Assembly (NCBI GenBank): GCA_036679605.1
Contig: JAZDCZ010000114.1
Location: 1-21,948, forward strand
Length of the DNA: 21,948 bases
Direction: 5' to 3'
Source: Gemmatimonadota bacterium
GTDB lineage: Bacteria > Gemmatimonadota > Gemmatimonadetes > Gemmatimonadales > GWC2-71-9
In this document: one piece after another, positions 9,571-18,242 of the stretch
Position numbering within the stretch: position 1 is the stretch's first letter
Layout of the letters: the number at the start of each line of letters is the position of its first letter
The notes under the pieces: generated by a model
Told to the model about the DNA's origin: nothing
What the model saw: only the letters and a program-made list of their open reading frames with translations
The model's database searches: none
Made by a program: the position numbers and the translations under genes

Positions 9571-10346
9571 TGCACGCGAGCCGTAGCAGAAATGAGATGC
9601 TCGACGAGAGCCGGTAATGCGACGGCTGCGCGTTCACGCCACGATACACTGACCAACCCGCTTAGAGGGGTTGCAGTCGGGTTTATCTCGACCACGGGAC
9701 AACCCTTGGCAAGAACTATCTCCGGCAGTTCGGCCGCGGGATAGACTATCGACGACGTTCCTACTACCAACATTGAATCGCATTCGTCCGCGGCTGACCA
9801 GGCACGCTGCACGGCATCTGCCGGCAGAGCTTCTCCAAACCAGACGACGCCTGGCCTGATCGGGCTGCCACATTGCGGACACTCCGGGGGGTCGAACGCC
9901 CCATCTTCAGGTACTCTGATCTCCTGCAGCTTCGCAGAATCATACGGGTGTCCCTCATCGAGGCATCGGAATGCGCTCAACAGGCCGTGAAGCTCGATGA
10001 TGTTACCGTTGCCGGCCGTGGCATGGAGACCATCGACGTTCTGAGTGGCCACAGTCAACCAGTCCAGCCACTCCCGAAGTTGAGTGAGGGCATGGTACCC
10101 CGGGTGAGGCTCGATATCACGGACTTGGCGCCAGCGGTCCAGGTACCAGCCAAATACGCGAGAGGGGTTGGCACGAAACGCCTGCTCTGTCGCCAACTCC
10201 TGTGGGTCGAACTGTGACCACAGTCCGGTGAGGCTGTCCCGGAAGGTGGGAACCCCTGAATCGCGCGACATGCCGGCACCCGTCACCACCATCAGCCGCC
10301 GCGTTCCGGCCAACACGTCTGCCGCTTGTCGCGACTCGCCCGTCAT
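9567..10346 (-). CDS. cobB: NAD-dependent protein deacylase (sirtuin, class III-like)
   Basis: TGAGMSRDSGVPTFR, TQNVDGLH, ELHG, RPGVVWFGE, GTSSIVYPAA; the YxxR motif (WYLDR) is typical of desuccinylases. Confidence 0.93.
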   Translation of the reverse strand: MTGESRQAADVLAGTRRLMVVTGAGMSRDSGVPTFRDSLTGLWSQFDPQELATEQAFRANPSRVFGWYLDRWRQVRDIEPHPGYHALTQLREWLDWLTVATQNVDGLHATAGNGNIIELHGLLSAFRCLDEGHPYDSAKLQEIRVPEDGAFDPPECPQCGSPIRPGVVWFGEALPADAVQRAWSAADECDSMLVVGTSSIVYPAAELPEIVLAKGCPVVEINPTATPLSGLVSVSWRERAAVALPALVEHLISATARVQ

Positions 10347-10358
10347 CGACCGGCGCCT

Positions 10359-11591
10359 TCAGGACCTGCCCGCAGCAACAGCCGAATACTTGCGGTCGAC
10401 GTACTCGTTCAAGATCTCGAGAAACTCCTGCACGATCCGATCGCCCTTGAGCGTCACCGAGAGTTCGCCGTCCACATAGACCGGCGCCTTTGGGGTCTCG
10501 GCCGTACCGGGAAGCGAAATACCGATGTCGGCGTGCTTCGATTCGCCCGGGCCGTTTACCACGCAACCCATTACGGCGACACGCATCCCCTCCACTCCGG
10601 CATAAGTTTGTCGCCATACAGGCATCTGTTCACACAGATATGCCTCGATCTCCTCGGCCATCTCCTGAAAGAACGTACTCGTCGTCCGGCCGCACCCGGG
10701 GCATGCCGTCACCTGAGGCACGAAGTCACGGAGCCCAAGAGTTTGCAGCACCTGCTGGGCGACCCTCACTTCCTCGGCGCGATCACCGTTCGGTGCCGGC
10801 GTGAGAGAGACGCGGATCGTATCGCCAATGCCGTCCTGGAGCAGGATTGCCAACCCCGCGGTACTAGAGACGATTCCCTTAGCACCCATCCCGGCCTCCG
10901 TGAGGCCCAAGTGGAGCGGATAGTCACTGAGCGGCGCGAGCTTTCTGTAGACGTCTACGAGGTCTTGGACCTGCGACATCTTGGCCGACAGGACGATCCT
11001 GTCGTGCGCTAGGCCCACCTGTTCCGCCAGCGCCGCCGACCTCATTGCACTCTCGACCATCGCGTTCAAAGTCACGTCACGTGCGTCCAGGGGATTCGCA
11101 CTGCGGGCGTTCTCGTCCATGAGTTCGGTTAGGAGCGCGCGGTCCAGCGACCCCCAGTTCACCCCTATCCGGATCGGCTTATCGTTGTCGATCGCGATCT
11201 CTACGATCTGACTGAAGTGCTCGTCGCGACGCTTCGCTCCCACGTTACCCGGGTTGATGCGGTACTTCTCCAGCGCCCGTGCGCAATCAGGATACTTCGA
11301 GAGCAGCAGGTGTCCGTTGTAATGAAAATCCCCGATGATCGGAACGGTGACATCCTTGTCAGCAAGCCGCTCGACGATCTGCGACAGCGCCATCGCTGCG
11401 GCATCGTTGTTTACCGTCACCCGAACCAGTTCGCTCCCGGCCTCCGCCAACAGGGCGACCTGATCTGTCGTGGCAGCAACATCGGCAGTGTCCGTGTTCG
11501 TCATCGACTGCACTACAATGGGGTGCTCACTCCCCAGCAGGACGGCACCCACCCGGGTGGTGGCAGTCCTCCGACGATTGTCTCGCTTCAT
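10359..11591 (-). CDS. ispG: (E)-4-hydroxy-3-methylbut-2-enyl-diphosphate synthase
   Basis: [50 protein letters not shown]. Confidence 0.97.
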   Translation of the reverse strand: MKRDNRRRTATTRVGAVLLGSEHPIVVQSMTNTDTADVAATTDQVALLAEAGSELVRVTVNNDAAAMALSQIVERLADKDVTVPIIGDFHYNGHLLLSKYPDCARALEKYRINPGNVGAKRRDEHFSQIVEIAIDNDKPIRIGVNWGSLDRALLTELMDENARSANPLDARDVTLNAMVESAMRSAALAEQVGLAHDRIVLSAKMSQVQDLVDVYRKLAPLSDYPLHLGLTEAGMGAKGIVSSTAGLAILLQDGIGDTIRVSLTPAPNGDRAEEVRVAQQVLQTLGLRDFVPQVTACPGCGRTTSTFFQEMAEEIEAYLCEQMPVWRQTYAGVEGMRVAVMGCVVNGPGESKHADIGISLPGTAETPKAPVYVDGELSVTLKGDRIVQEFLEILNEYVDRKYSAVAAGRS

Positions 11592-11677
11592 GATGCAGAA
11601 TATAGCGGCGGGACGCCGCTCACGATGGGGCTAGGCGCTGAGACACAATCTCGGTTCATCCATTGGATGAACCGAGA

Positions 11678-12040
11678 TTAGCAGATGTGGGTCCAGTCCA
11701 CTTCTGATTCCTTGCCGCAAATCGTACAAGTTGCAGACTGATCGTCCTTCTCGAGCCGAACCCGGCCGCTGCAATGCGGGCATACGCCATAACTCGGCCC
11801 CAAATCGGCGCTGCTGGCTCTTACCGCCGCGCCATCCTGGGCGTCTCTTGAAACGACGCTCCATTGGTTGGGCTGGGTCTCGGTGAACTCCAGGCTCTCG
11901 CTGTTCACGGGGCGGTTCTGCCGATTCACATCCAGGAAGACCATACCGTTTGAGGAGATGTTGACTACGGCATACCACGCGCCTCTACGCAACCCATGCG
12001 CTTCTGCGTTGGAGACTCGTGCCCACTGGCTGGGTGCCAT
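11678..12040 (-). CDS. Hypothetical protein with C-terminal C4 zinc ribbon
   Basis: CPHC...CTIC; ATG 12040 (MAPSQW) preceded by GAGAGGGA RBS. Confidence 0.75.
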   Translation of the reverse strand: MAPSQWARVSNAEAHGLRRGAWYAVVNISSNGMVFLDVNRQNRPVNSESLEFTETQPNQWSVVSRDAQDGAAVRASSADLGPSYGVCPHCSGRVRLEKDDQSATCTICGKESEVDWTHIC

Positions 12041-12217
12041 ACCGATCCCTCTCAAGAACTCGAGTGAAGGCGTTACTTTACAATTGTATTGAATATAAAT
12101 GATCTTGGCGGCTGACCAATAGGCGGACGGGTCACGGGTGGCTTCGTTCTTGCTTTCCGCTGCCTTCTCAGCACCTTATCTTCGAGATACAACATCACTG
12201 CAAGAGAAAGAGCTGTC

Positions 12218-13240
12218 ATGAGCACAACAGAACTTGCATCCGTGGCCCAGGCAATGGTGGCCTCCGGCAGAGGGATCCTGGCCGCCGACGAGAGTCCCCC
12301 GACCATAAAGAAGCGGCTCGACAGTATCGGAGTTGAGTCCACCGAAGAAAACCGTCGCGCCTATCGCGAGTTGTTGTTTACCACCGAGGGTGTGAAAGAG
12401 TACATAAGCGGTGTAATCCTGTTCGACGAAACGCTCCGGCAGAGCGCCGCGGACGGTACCTCGTTTTCCAAACTCCTGTCCGGATCGGATATCATCCCGG
12501 GAATAAAGGTCGACAAGGGTGCCAAACCATTGGCGGGGTTCCCGGGCGAGAAGGTCACCGAGGGGTTGGACGGTTTGTGCGATCGTCTGGCAGAGTATGG
12601 TGAACTTGGCGCCAAGTTCACCAAGTGGCGCGCAGTCATAGCAATCGCTGACGGCATGCCGAGCGCGTTCTGCATCGAGGCCAACGCACACGCGCTGGCG
12701 CGCTACGCCGCGCTCAGCCAGGAAGCGGGCCTGGTACCGATCGTGGAGCCTGAGGTACTCATGGATGGCGACCACACGATCGAGCGCTGTGAGGAAGTAA
12801 CGGAGACAACGCTCGACACAGTATTCTTCGCACTCCAGTCACATCGGGTTTCGCTCGAGGGCATGATCCTCAAGCCGAATATGGTGTTGTCCGGCAAAGC
12901 GTGTGCGCGCCAGGCCGATGTCCAGGAGGTGGCCGAGTCGACGGTACGCTGTCTCAGTCGGGTGGTGCCGGCTGCGGTACCGGGAATCGTATTCCTATCG
13001 GGTGGCCAGAGCCCCGAACTCGCCACCGAGCACCTAAACGCCATGAACGCTCTCGGCAGCCATCCGTGGCAGCTGAGCTTCTCCTATGGACGCGCACTTC
13101 AGGAGGCGGCTCTCAAGGCATGGGGCGGCGAGGCGGGCAACGTGCGGGCAGCGCAGAAGACTTTCTATCACCGCGCCAAGTGCGTGGGTTCGGCGCGCTA
13201 CGGAAAGTATTCGAAGGAGATGGAGGGGGTGGCCGCCTGA
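12218..13240 (+). CDS. fba: Fructose-bisphosphate aldolase class I
   Basis: GILAADES, GIKVDKG, KWRAV, VPIVEPEV, ILKPNMV (Schiff-base Lys), FLSGGQ, FSYGRALQ. Confidence 0.96.
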   Translation: MSTTELASVAQAMVASGRGILAADESPPTIKKRLDSIGVESTEENRRAYRELLFTTEGVKEYISGVILFDETLRQSAADGTSFSKLLSGSDIIPGIKVDKGAKPLAGFPGEKVTEGLDGLCDRLAEYGELGAKFTKWRAVIAIADGMPSAFCIEANAHALARYAALSQEAGLVPIVEPEVLMDGDHTIERCEEVTETTLDTVFFALQSHRVSLEGMILKPNMVLSGKACARQADVQEVAESTVRCLSRVVPAAVPGIVFLSGGQSPELATEHLNAMNALGSHPWQLSFSYGRALQEAALKAWGGEAGNVRAAQKTFYHRAKCVGSARYGKYSKEMEGVAA

Positions 13241-13301
13241 ACGGAATATCAAATATCGCAGTACCATCGCTAGGTGCGGGCAGACCGCCTAAGTTCCCAG
13301 G

Positions 13302-13556
13302 ATGGCAAAGCATGAAAAGGTATTACTTCAGATTCTACGTGGCACCGCCGACGCCAATATCGCCTTCGCGGACCTTTGCGGCCTGCTACACTATCTAGGA
13401 TTTACCGAACGGACGCGCGGTAGCCACCACATCTTCGCGCGGGCGGGCATTGAGGAGCGTATCACCTTGCAGCGGGATCGTAGCAATGCGAAAGTGTACC
13501 AGGTGCGTCAAGTTCGAGCAATCATCCTGAAACACAAGCTCGGGGAGGAACATTAA
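13302..13556 (+). CDS. hicA: HicA-family type II toxin (mRNA interferase)
   Basis: 84 aa, basic, GF.ERTRGSHHIF, AKVYQVRQVR; directly upstream of hicB. Confidence 0.88.
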   Translation: MAKHEKVLLQILRGTADANIAFADLCGLLHYLGFTERTRGSHHIFARAGIEERITLQRDRSNAKVYQVRQVRAIILKHKLGEEH

Positions 13557-13557
13557 G

Positions 13558-13770
13558 ATGCACAAGTACGAGCTGATCATCTATTGGAGTGCGGAGGACG
13601 TGGTATATGTGGCCGAGGTACCGGAACTACCGGGATGCATGGCTCACGGGTCTTCGCCTACTGAGGCTGTTGCCAATGCCAAGGAGGCGATCGATCTGTG
13701 GATCAGCACGGCTCGTAAGGACGGCGATGCTGTTCCGGAGCCCAAGGGTCGTCGTCTCCACTTCGCGTGA
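13558..13770 (+). CDS. hicB: HicB-family antitoxin (short form)
   Basis: YVAEVPELPGCMAHGSSPTEAVANAKEAIDLWI...VPEP; GGAGGA RBS. Confidence 0.9.
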   Translation: MHKYELIIYWSAEDVVYVAEVPELPGCMAHGSSPTEAVANAKEAIDLWISTARKDGDAVPEPKGRRLHFA

Positions 13771-13833
13771 AGTGCGTGAAGAGTACCGACAGGCGGATCC
13801 GAGTGCAGCGGAACGACGAGGAAGTCTAGGTAC
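13771..13833 (-). pseudogene. Internally deleted hicA toxin remnant
   Basis: Overlapping the second hicB stop is (V)PRLPR, resembling a HicA N-terminus. In a neighbouring frame is VVPLHSDPPVGTLHAL, matching the HicA C-terminal VPxHxxxxxGTL motif. The middle, including GSH, is missing. Confidence 0.6.
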
Positions 13834-14035
13834 CCACCGCCACGTCGAAGGTCGTGACGAAGGGCCGTGAGAAATCTGTAGGCCCGAACTCTTCCAGGTA
13901 GAGTTCCGTCGCCTCCTTGAGATTGACTACTGCCTCCTCGGGTGTCCCGCCCTGACTCACAGTGCCTATTTCCGGACAATCGGCGATGTAGAGATCGTCC
14001 TCTCGGTGTACAACTGCCGTGAACGTCCGAGCCAT
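13826..14035 (-). CDS. Second HicB-family antitoxin (orphan)
   Basis: MARTFTAVVHREDDLYIADCPEIGTVSQGGTPEEAVVNLKEATELYLEE; GAGGAG RBS before ATG 14035. Confidence 0.85.
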   Translation of the reverse strand: MARTFTAVVHREDDLYIADCPEIGTVSQGGTPEEAVVNLKEATELYLEEFGPTDFSRPFVTTFDVAVGT

Positions 14036-14130
14036 TATTGTGCTACTCCTCATGTCGGGCTCCCTAAGAATATACGCCGGGAATCTAAGAGCTGACTAGT
14101 GAAGCTCGGAGGAAGGGAACGTCGAGGCGT

Positions 14131-14362
14131 TGACAGTCGAGCGCTAACCCCTCTCTGCCAATATGAGTGAGACACCTTACTACTGTTAGTTTAGTGAGCA
14201 GGGCGATGAAGGAGAATGGGGATGGACGCGATGATGGATGTGGCTTCCTCTACCAATAGTCTGGAGGTAGAGGTATTGGCGAAGGCGAAGCGACGGCGTT
14301 TCACCTTGGAGTACAAGCGGCGGATTTTGCGAGAAGCCGATCGGTGCCGCAAGTCGGGCGAG
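14131..14362 (+). mobile_element. IS3-family left-end fragment (terminal sequence plus N-terminus of OrfA)
   Basis: TGACA...GAGTGAGACA terminus-like sequence followed by EVLAKAKRRRFTLEYKRRILREADRCRKSGE (HTH_Tnp_1-like), truncated. Confidence 0.7.
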
Positions 14363-14449
14363 GGCGGGTTCGAGCGCCGGATTATCTCGGCCCGGCAGAG
14401 CAACCGACAGGAGCGCCGTGCTTATGACCAAGCGATCGAAGCGAATTGA
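14363..14449 (+). pseudogene. C-terminal remnant of BrnT toxin
   Basis: RRIISARQSNRQERRAY is the BrnT C-terminal RIISAR...ER.xY motif; overlaps the start of a brnA-like gene. Confidence 0.75.
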
Positions 14450-14746
14450 GCAACCCGCTCGGGGGCGGGCCGACCGAACTCGGCTCCGGAAGATGCCGAG
14501 GCGGCCATCGAGCGGACCTCTCCTCCGGAGTTGGCCGAACTCCCAGCCGACTTTTGGGCCGACGCGGAGCTAGTCGTCCCTGTTTCGAAGCAGGCCATTT
14601 CATTGCGGGTCGACGAAGACGTCCTCGAATGGTTCAAGCAGCAAGGGCCCCGCTACCAATCGCGCATGAACGCCGTCCTGCGGAGCTACATGAAGCACGC
14701 TGAACGAAGCGGGCGTCGGCGATCGCGATCCTCGAAGCCGACCTGA
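14424..14746 (+). pseudogene. BrnA antitoxin with apparent 1-nt frameshift near 14496
   Basis: The C-terminal frame carries ISLRVDEDVLEWFKQQGPRYQSRMNAVLRSYM (BrnA RHH). The upstream ATG 14424 (MTKRSKR...RLRKM) has a CAGGAG RBS but lies in another frame; adding one base at ATG-CC-GAG joins them. Confidence 0.7.
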
Positions 14747-14757
14747 GCGCTCTGCAC

Positions 14758-14851
14758 GAAATATCGAATATCCAACAAGCAAGCAACATTGAATGTCGAA
14801 GTAGCAACACTCGCAATTCGATATTCCTTGTTCAGCATTCAGTATTCCCTG
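14758..14851. repeat. AT-rich heptamer-based imperfect palindrome (dispersed repeat)
   Basis: GAAATATCGAATATCCAACAAG...CTTGTTCAGCATTCAGTATTCC; related copies near 13238, 16373, 19481 and 20940. Confidence 0.65.
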
Positions 14852-14854
14852 CGC

Positions 14855-15628
14855 CTACCTCCCCTCCGACCGGGTGAGATCGATCTCCCACCGACCCCGT
14901 TGCGCCATCTCCGTCACGTCGTAGCGCACGACCGTCCTACCAGCAACACGCACCTCCACCAGTTCGAGCGACCGTGGCAATCGGAATTCGTAGCTGGCCC
15001 GTGACGCCGCGTTACGCCTGATCCTGAAGCCCGTTAGGAGAACCATTATTTCTTCGTTTCCGGCGCCACCCAGTATCCGCGCCGACGCCGCCGTCACCGT
15101 ATCGACTACGATCGAAAGCGTCCCACCGGGCTGCGTACGCGTAATGTCGATCAGGAACTCCCCGCTCGTGGGAACGAACGACACCAATGAGGTGGATTGC
15201 TGAAGCTGCAGCGGCGGTTCTACCGGAACCGTAACGATGAGCGACTTGAGTGCCGCCAAGTGGCCTAACACCCATGCTCGGGCGGGTGCTACGGTCAGTG
15301 TAACGGCGAGAACCGCGACTACCGCGGCCACGACGCGCACCGAGCGACGCCAACTCTTTACTCGACCGACCAAGCCGCCTGGTGCCGACCTGCGTGCGGC
15401 ACGATACCGCCTAATCGGAAGCGGTTCGGGCTCTTCCAGTTCCCTCAAGGCGCTGGAGAACCCCTGCGCCAGGTGGGCCAGTTCTTTCGCGCTGTTCTTG
15501 CATGCGGCACAGCCCGCCAGGTGGTTGCGGATCAGACGCTCTTCGGCCGGGTCGCACTCCCCGTCGTGGAGCCTTATCAGGTCTCCGTCTTCTACGTGCC
15601 GATCGTCTTCAGTGACTATGAGAATCAT
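14855..15628 (-). CDS. Membrane-bound zinc-finger (zf-HC2/ZAS) anti-sigma factor, copy A
   Basis: HLAGCAAC (HxxxCxxC), one TM segment, beta-rich extracytoplasmic domain; ATGA overlap with the ECF gene. Confidence 0.85.
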   Translation of the reverse strand: MILIVTEDDRHVEDGDLIRLHDGECDPAEERLIRNHLAGCAACKNSAKELAHLAQGFSSALRELEEPEPLPIRRYRAARRSAPGGLVGRVKSWRRSVRVVAAVVAVLAVTLTVAPARAWVLGHLAALKSLIVTVPVEPPLQLQQSTSLVSFVPTSGEFLIDITRTQPGGTLSIVVDTVTAASARILGGAGNEEIMVLLTGFRIRRNAASRASYEFRLPRSLELVEVRVAGRTVVRYDVTEMAQRGRWEIDLTRSEGR

Positions 15629-16122
15629 CGGAATCCCTCCCTCAAACGGCGTATGTCACCGGACAGCTTCCTCAAAGCCCGCGCGATCGTAGGACCGACC
15701 GAGCGCCACTCATAACCGAGCGCCTCCGCTATCTCGGGGTGACTAAATCCCTCCTCCCACATAAGGAGGATCGTGCGCTCCTTCTCGGACAGCTTCTCGA
15801 GCATCCGATGCACCAGGCGACGGCGCTCGACCCGCTCGTAAACGGCATCGGGCTGAGGAGCGCCAGCGGCCGAGTGTAGGCTCCCCACAGTTGCGTGTAG
15901 CCTGTCCTCCCTACGCTGCCGTCTCCTTTCGTCGCGAACCACGTTGGTCGCGACAGTGAAGAGCCATGCCCTGAGGTTCTCCGATCGGCGCGGCGGCCGT
16001 TCCACCAGGCGCAGGTAGGTCTCCTGTGCCGCGTCGGCCGCCTCCTCGCTGTCACCCGTATAGCGGGTGAGGTAGCGCAGCAACGCCGGCTGGTGCTCCT
16101 CGAATAGTGCCTCTACGTCCAT
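15625..16122 (-). CDS. ECF RNA polymerase sigma factor, copy A
   Basis: Region 2 (AADAAQETYLRL, LRAWLFTVATN) and region 4 (LSEKERTILLMWEEGFSHPEIAEALG); 165 aa. Confidence 0.93.
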   Translation of the reverse strand: MDVEALFEEHQPALLRYLTRYTGDSEEAADAAQETYLRLVERPPRRSENLRAWLFTVATNVVRDERRRQRREDRLHATVGSLHSAAGAPQPDAVYERVERRRLVHRMLEKLSEKERTILLMWEEGFSHPEIAEALGYEWRSVGPTIARALRKLSGDIRRLREGFR

Positions 16123-16204
16123 CGGCAGAAGCTCCTTGGTTCAGGACACGTTCAGCGGAGGCGACGGGTCCGAGAAAGCGCTGATCCATCCCCTCTAATA
16201 CGTA

Positions 16205-16232
16205 AACGATTCAATTCGTAAATTTATAGCAG
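16205..16232 (-). promoter_or_regulatory. Conserved motif CTGCTATAA-N9-TTSAATCGTT upstream of ECF A
   Basis: Same motif at 16305-16332, 19398-19425 and 20910-20937. Confidence 0.7.
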
Positions 16233-16246
16233 GGATTTCCAAACCA

Positions 16247-16282
16247 AGCAGTAGGGGCGACGCATGCGTCGCCCCAACTGCT
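16247..16282. repeat. GTAG-type REP-like palindrome
   Basis: AGCAGTAGGGGCGACGCA|TGCGTCGCCCCAACTGCT: 18-bp arms with one mismatch and the GTAG tetranucleotide typical of REPs. Confidence 0.7.
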
Positions 16283-16304
16283 AAGATCGTTGCTATATCT
16301 GTAT

Positions 16305-16332
16305 AACGATTGAAACCGCCAAGTTATAGCAG
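16305..16332 (-). promoter_or_regulatory. Second copy of the conserved motif, exactly 100 bp from the first
   Basis: Plus strand AACGATTGAA-ACCGCCAAG-TTATAGCAG. Confidence 0.65.
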
Positions 16333-16747
16333 TGACTTCTAACACCTTGCGATTTCAATAGTTGCGTGCGCCGAACGGAATATCGAGTATCCACCAAGTA
16401 TTCAGTATTCCCTGGGCTCACCGAGGTGGTGAGTCGAGCGCTTACGAGCGCTCGCTCGGCGGCTTAGTGCGAGAAGTGCGCCCTCTAAGGACGCTGTTGA
16501 GGCCCACCCCATCACCCCCCTTTCCCCTCCGTCCGCTTCTCGTATCGGCCGACCGAGTCCTCGTTAGGACCCGACTCTCACCCACGACCCTTTCTTGACA
16601 ACCCGATTGTCAAACGAAGCCTCCTCAGCACCCGATTCTCAAGAGTGAACCCGACCGTCAATGAAGATCGGCAAGAAAGATCCGGTAGATCGGATGGACC
16701 AAGAATCCCGTTAGGGTGCCGAGTCTAGGGCGATCTACGACCAGCGC

Positions 16748-18031
16748 CTAGGGTATCCATCCCGGGGTCTTACCACCCACAAAAAAGTCCACCGCACTCG
16801 TGTTGGCATCCTGCAGGATCCTAAGACCGTCGGCGCCCGTCCGGAGCACCTTGCGCTGCAGGGATACGGTCGCTTGTACGTCGACCCCAAACCCAATCTC
16901 TATGAACCCACCCTCATAGCGGTCGAAATCCCGGTGGACCATCTGCAAACACGGCACCGCCCGCGCATCACTGTCAGGCCAGAGGAGCGTGACAGCCATA
17001 ACATCCAACAGCTTGTCTCTTGGCACCCGCACGTACTCGCGTCCCTGCGGGTCCCGGAACAGCACCGGCAAGCTCGACACGTCCACTGGGTCGGACAAGA
17101 AGAAGACATCGCGGACCGCAACCAAAACGCCGACCGGAAAGGGTGCAAGCCCAATGTCCAACATGTCCGGCACCGCGGGGTTGTTCGCGCTGCCGGTCTG
17201 ACCGATCTCGAAGTCGGCGTTCGTAAGGTCGAGCAACGTAGGGTGCACCGGGGTGTGGTCGATCGCTGCCACGGCGACGGTGCGTGCGCCCCCGGGTGGC
17301 ACCGCATACTCCGACCCTGAGCCAGGGAACTGCAACATCCAACGGACATGGATTCCTGCGGGATCTGTCCGTATCTGTTCGCTTACCGCACACGGGAGAC
17401 GCGCTACTTCTCGGAACCCGCTGGCAAACATGGCGCCGAAGATCTTGCCGTCGAGAAACATTGTGCTATGAGAATTGTTATAGATTTCGAAGTACAAGCC
17501 CTTCAAATAACTGCCGTTCGTTTCCCAGTCTGGCGGTGTGCCGCGGCCAATCTCGCTGATGACCAGCGAGCCCGAACGATCCGCCAGCATCGTCAGTTCC
17601 AGCTCAGTCTCTCCTCCTATTCTGATAGTCCGCCCGTCACCGAACGCACGCGCGAGGCTTCCAGCCTCCTTCGCCTCTCCCTCCGTTAGCGTACGGCCAC
17701 CAAAAACGCGGTATAGACCGGGAAGCAGGTTTTTGAACCGAGCAGTCCCGGCGGAATTTGTGATCCTTGTCACCCAGCTCGCCGTACCGTTGCGAAGAAC
17801 ATGAATCTCCGCACCCGGGATCCCGTCCCGCCAGCCCAGAGAATCGGCCAGCGCCCCGTCGACCGAGTCCACCGCCGCATGCACAATAAGCGCGGTACGG
17901 TTCACTCGAGGCACCGAGGGAATCTCGGTGCCACTTTCGCTCGGGTCTACCTGGGTGACTTCGCCCGGCTCGCAGGCTGCCATACCCAGGATGAGAACCG
18001 TCAACCGCACCTGCTTGATTCGATGTAACAT
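16748..18031 (-). CDS. Lipoprotein with carboxypeptidase-regulatory-like domain and DUF4876/lamin-tail-like domain, copy A
   Basis: Lipobox GMAAC; YFEIYNNS..MFLDG, FPGSG.EY, ADFE, NNPAVPDM and LQDANTSAVDF resemble DUF4876 hallmarks. Start is ATG 18031 or GTG 18037. Confidence 0.75.
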   Translation of the reverse strand: MLHRIKQVRLTVLILGMAACEPGEVTQVDPSESGTEIPSVPRVNRTALIVHAAVDSVDGALADSLGWRDGIPGAEIHVLRNGTASWVTRITNSAGTARFKNLLPGLYRVFGGRTLTEGEAKEAGSLARAFGDGRTIRIGGETELELTMLADRSGSLVISEIGRGTPPDWETNGSYLKGLYFEIYNNSHSTMFLDGKIFGAMFASGFREVARLPCAVSEQIRTDPAGIHVRWMLQFPGSGSEYAVPPGGARTVAVAAIDHTPVHPTLLDLTNADFEIGQTGSANNPAVPDMLDIGLAPFPVGVLVAVRDVFFLSDPVDVSSLPVLFRDPQGREYVRVPRDKLLDVMAVTLLWPDSDARAVPCLQMVHRDFDRYEGGFIEIGFGVDVQATVSLQRKVLRTGADGLRILQDANTSAVDFFVGGKTPGWIP

Positions 18032-18200
18032 AGTCACCCCACAGGTTGAGTGACGGCGGGGAGGTAGATGCTATCTTCCTCCAGCATCCTACAAACAAAT
18101 CTAACGATCCCGTACATTACCCCAAGACCAAAACGAGCCCCGCCTCGGGTATTGGACACGCTCCGACGTGGATGAGGGACAATGCCACCCAGCCAGGCGG

Positions 18201-18226
18201 TGCCGAGAGTCGAAAGACCCCCGGCA
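18201..18226 (-). terminator. Strong hairpin 3' of the peptide gene (terminator or mRNA stabiliser)
   Basis: TGCCGGGGGTC-TTTC-GACTCTCGGCA, 11-bp stem, 16 nt after the stop; no U-tract. Confidence 0.5.
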
Positions 18227-18242
18227 TCGACGCATCGGAAAC

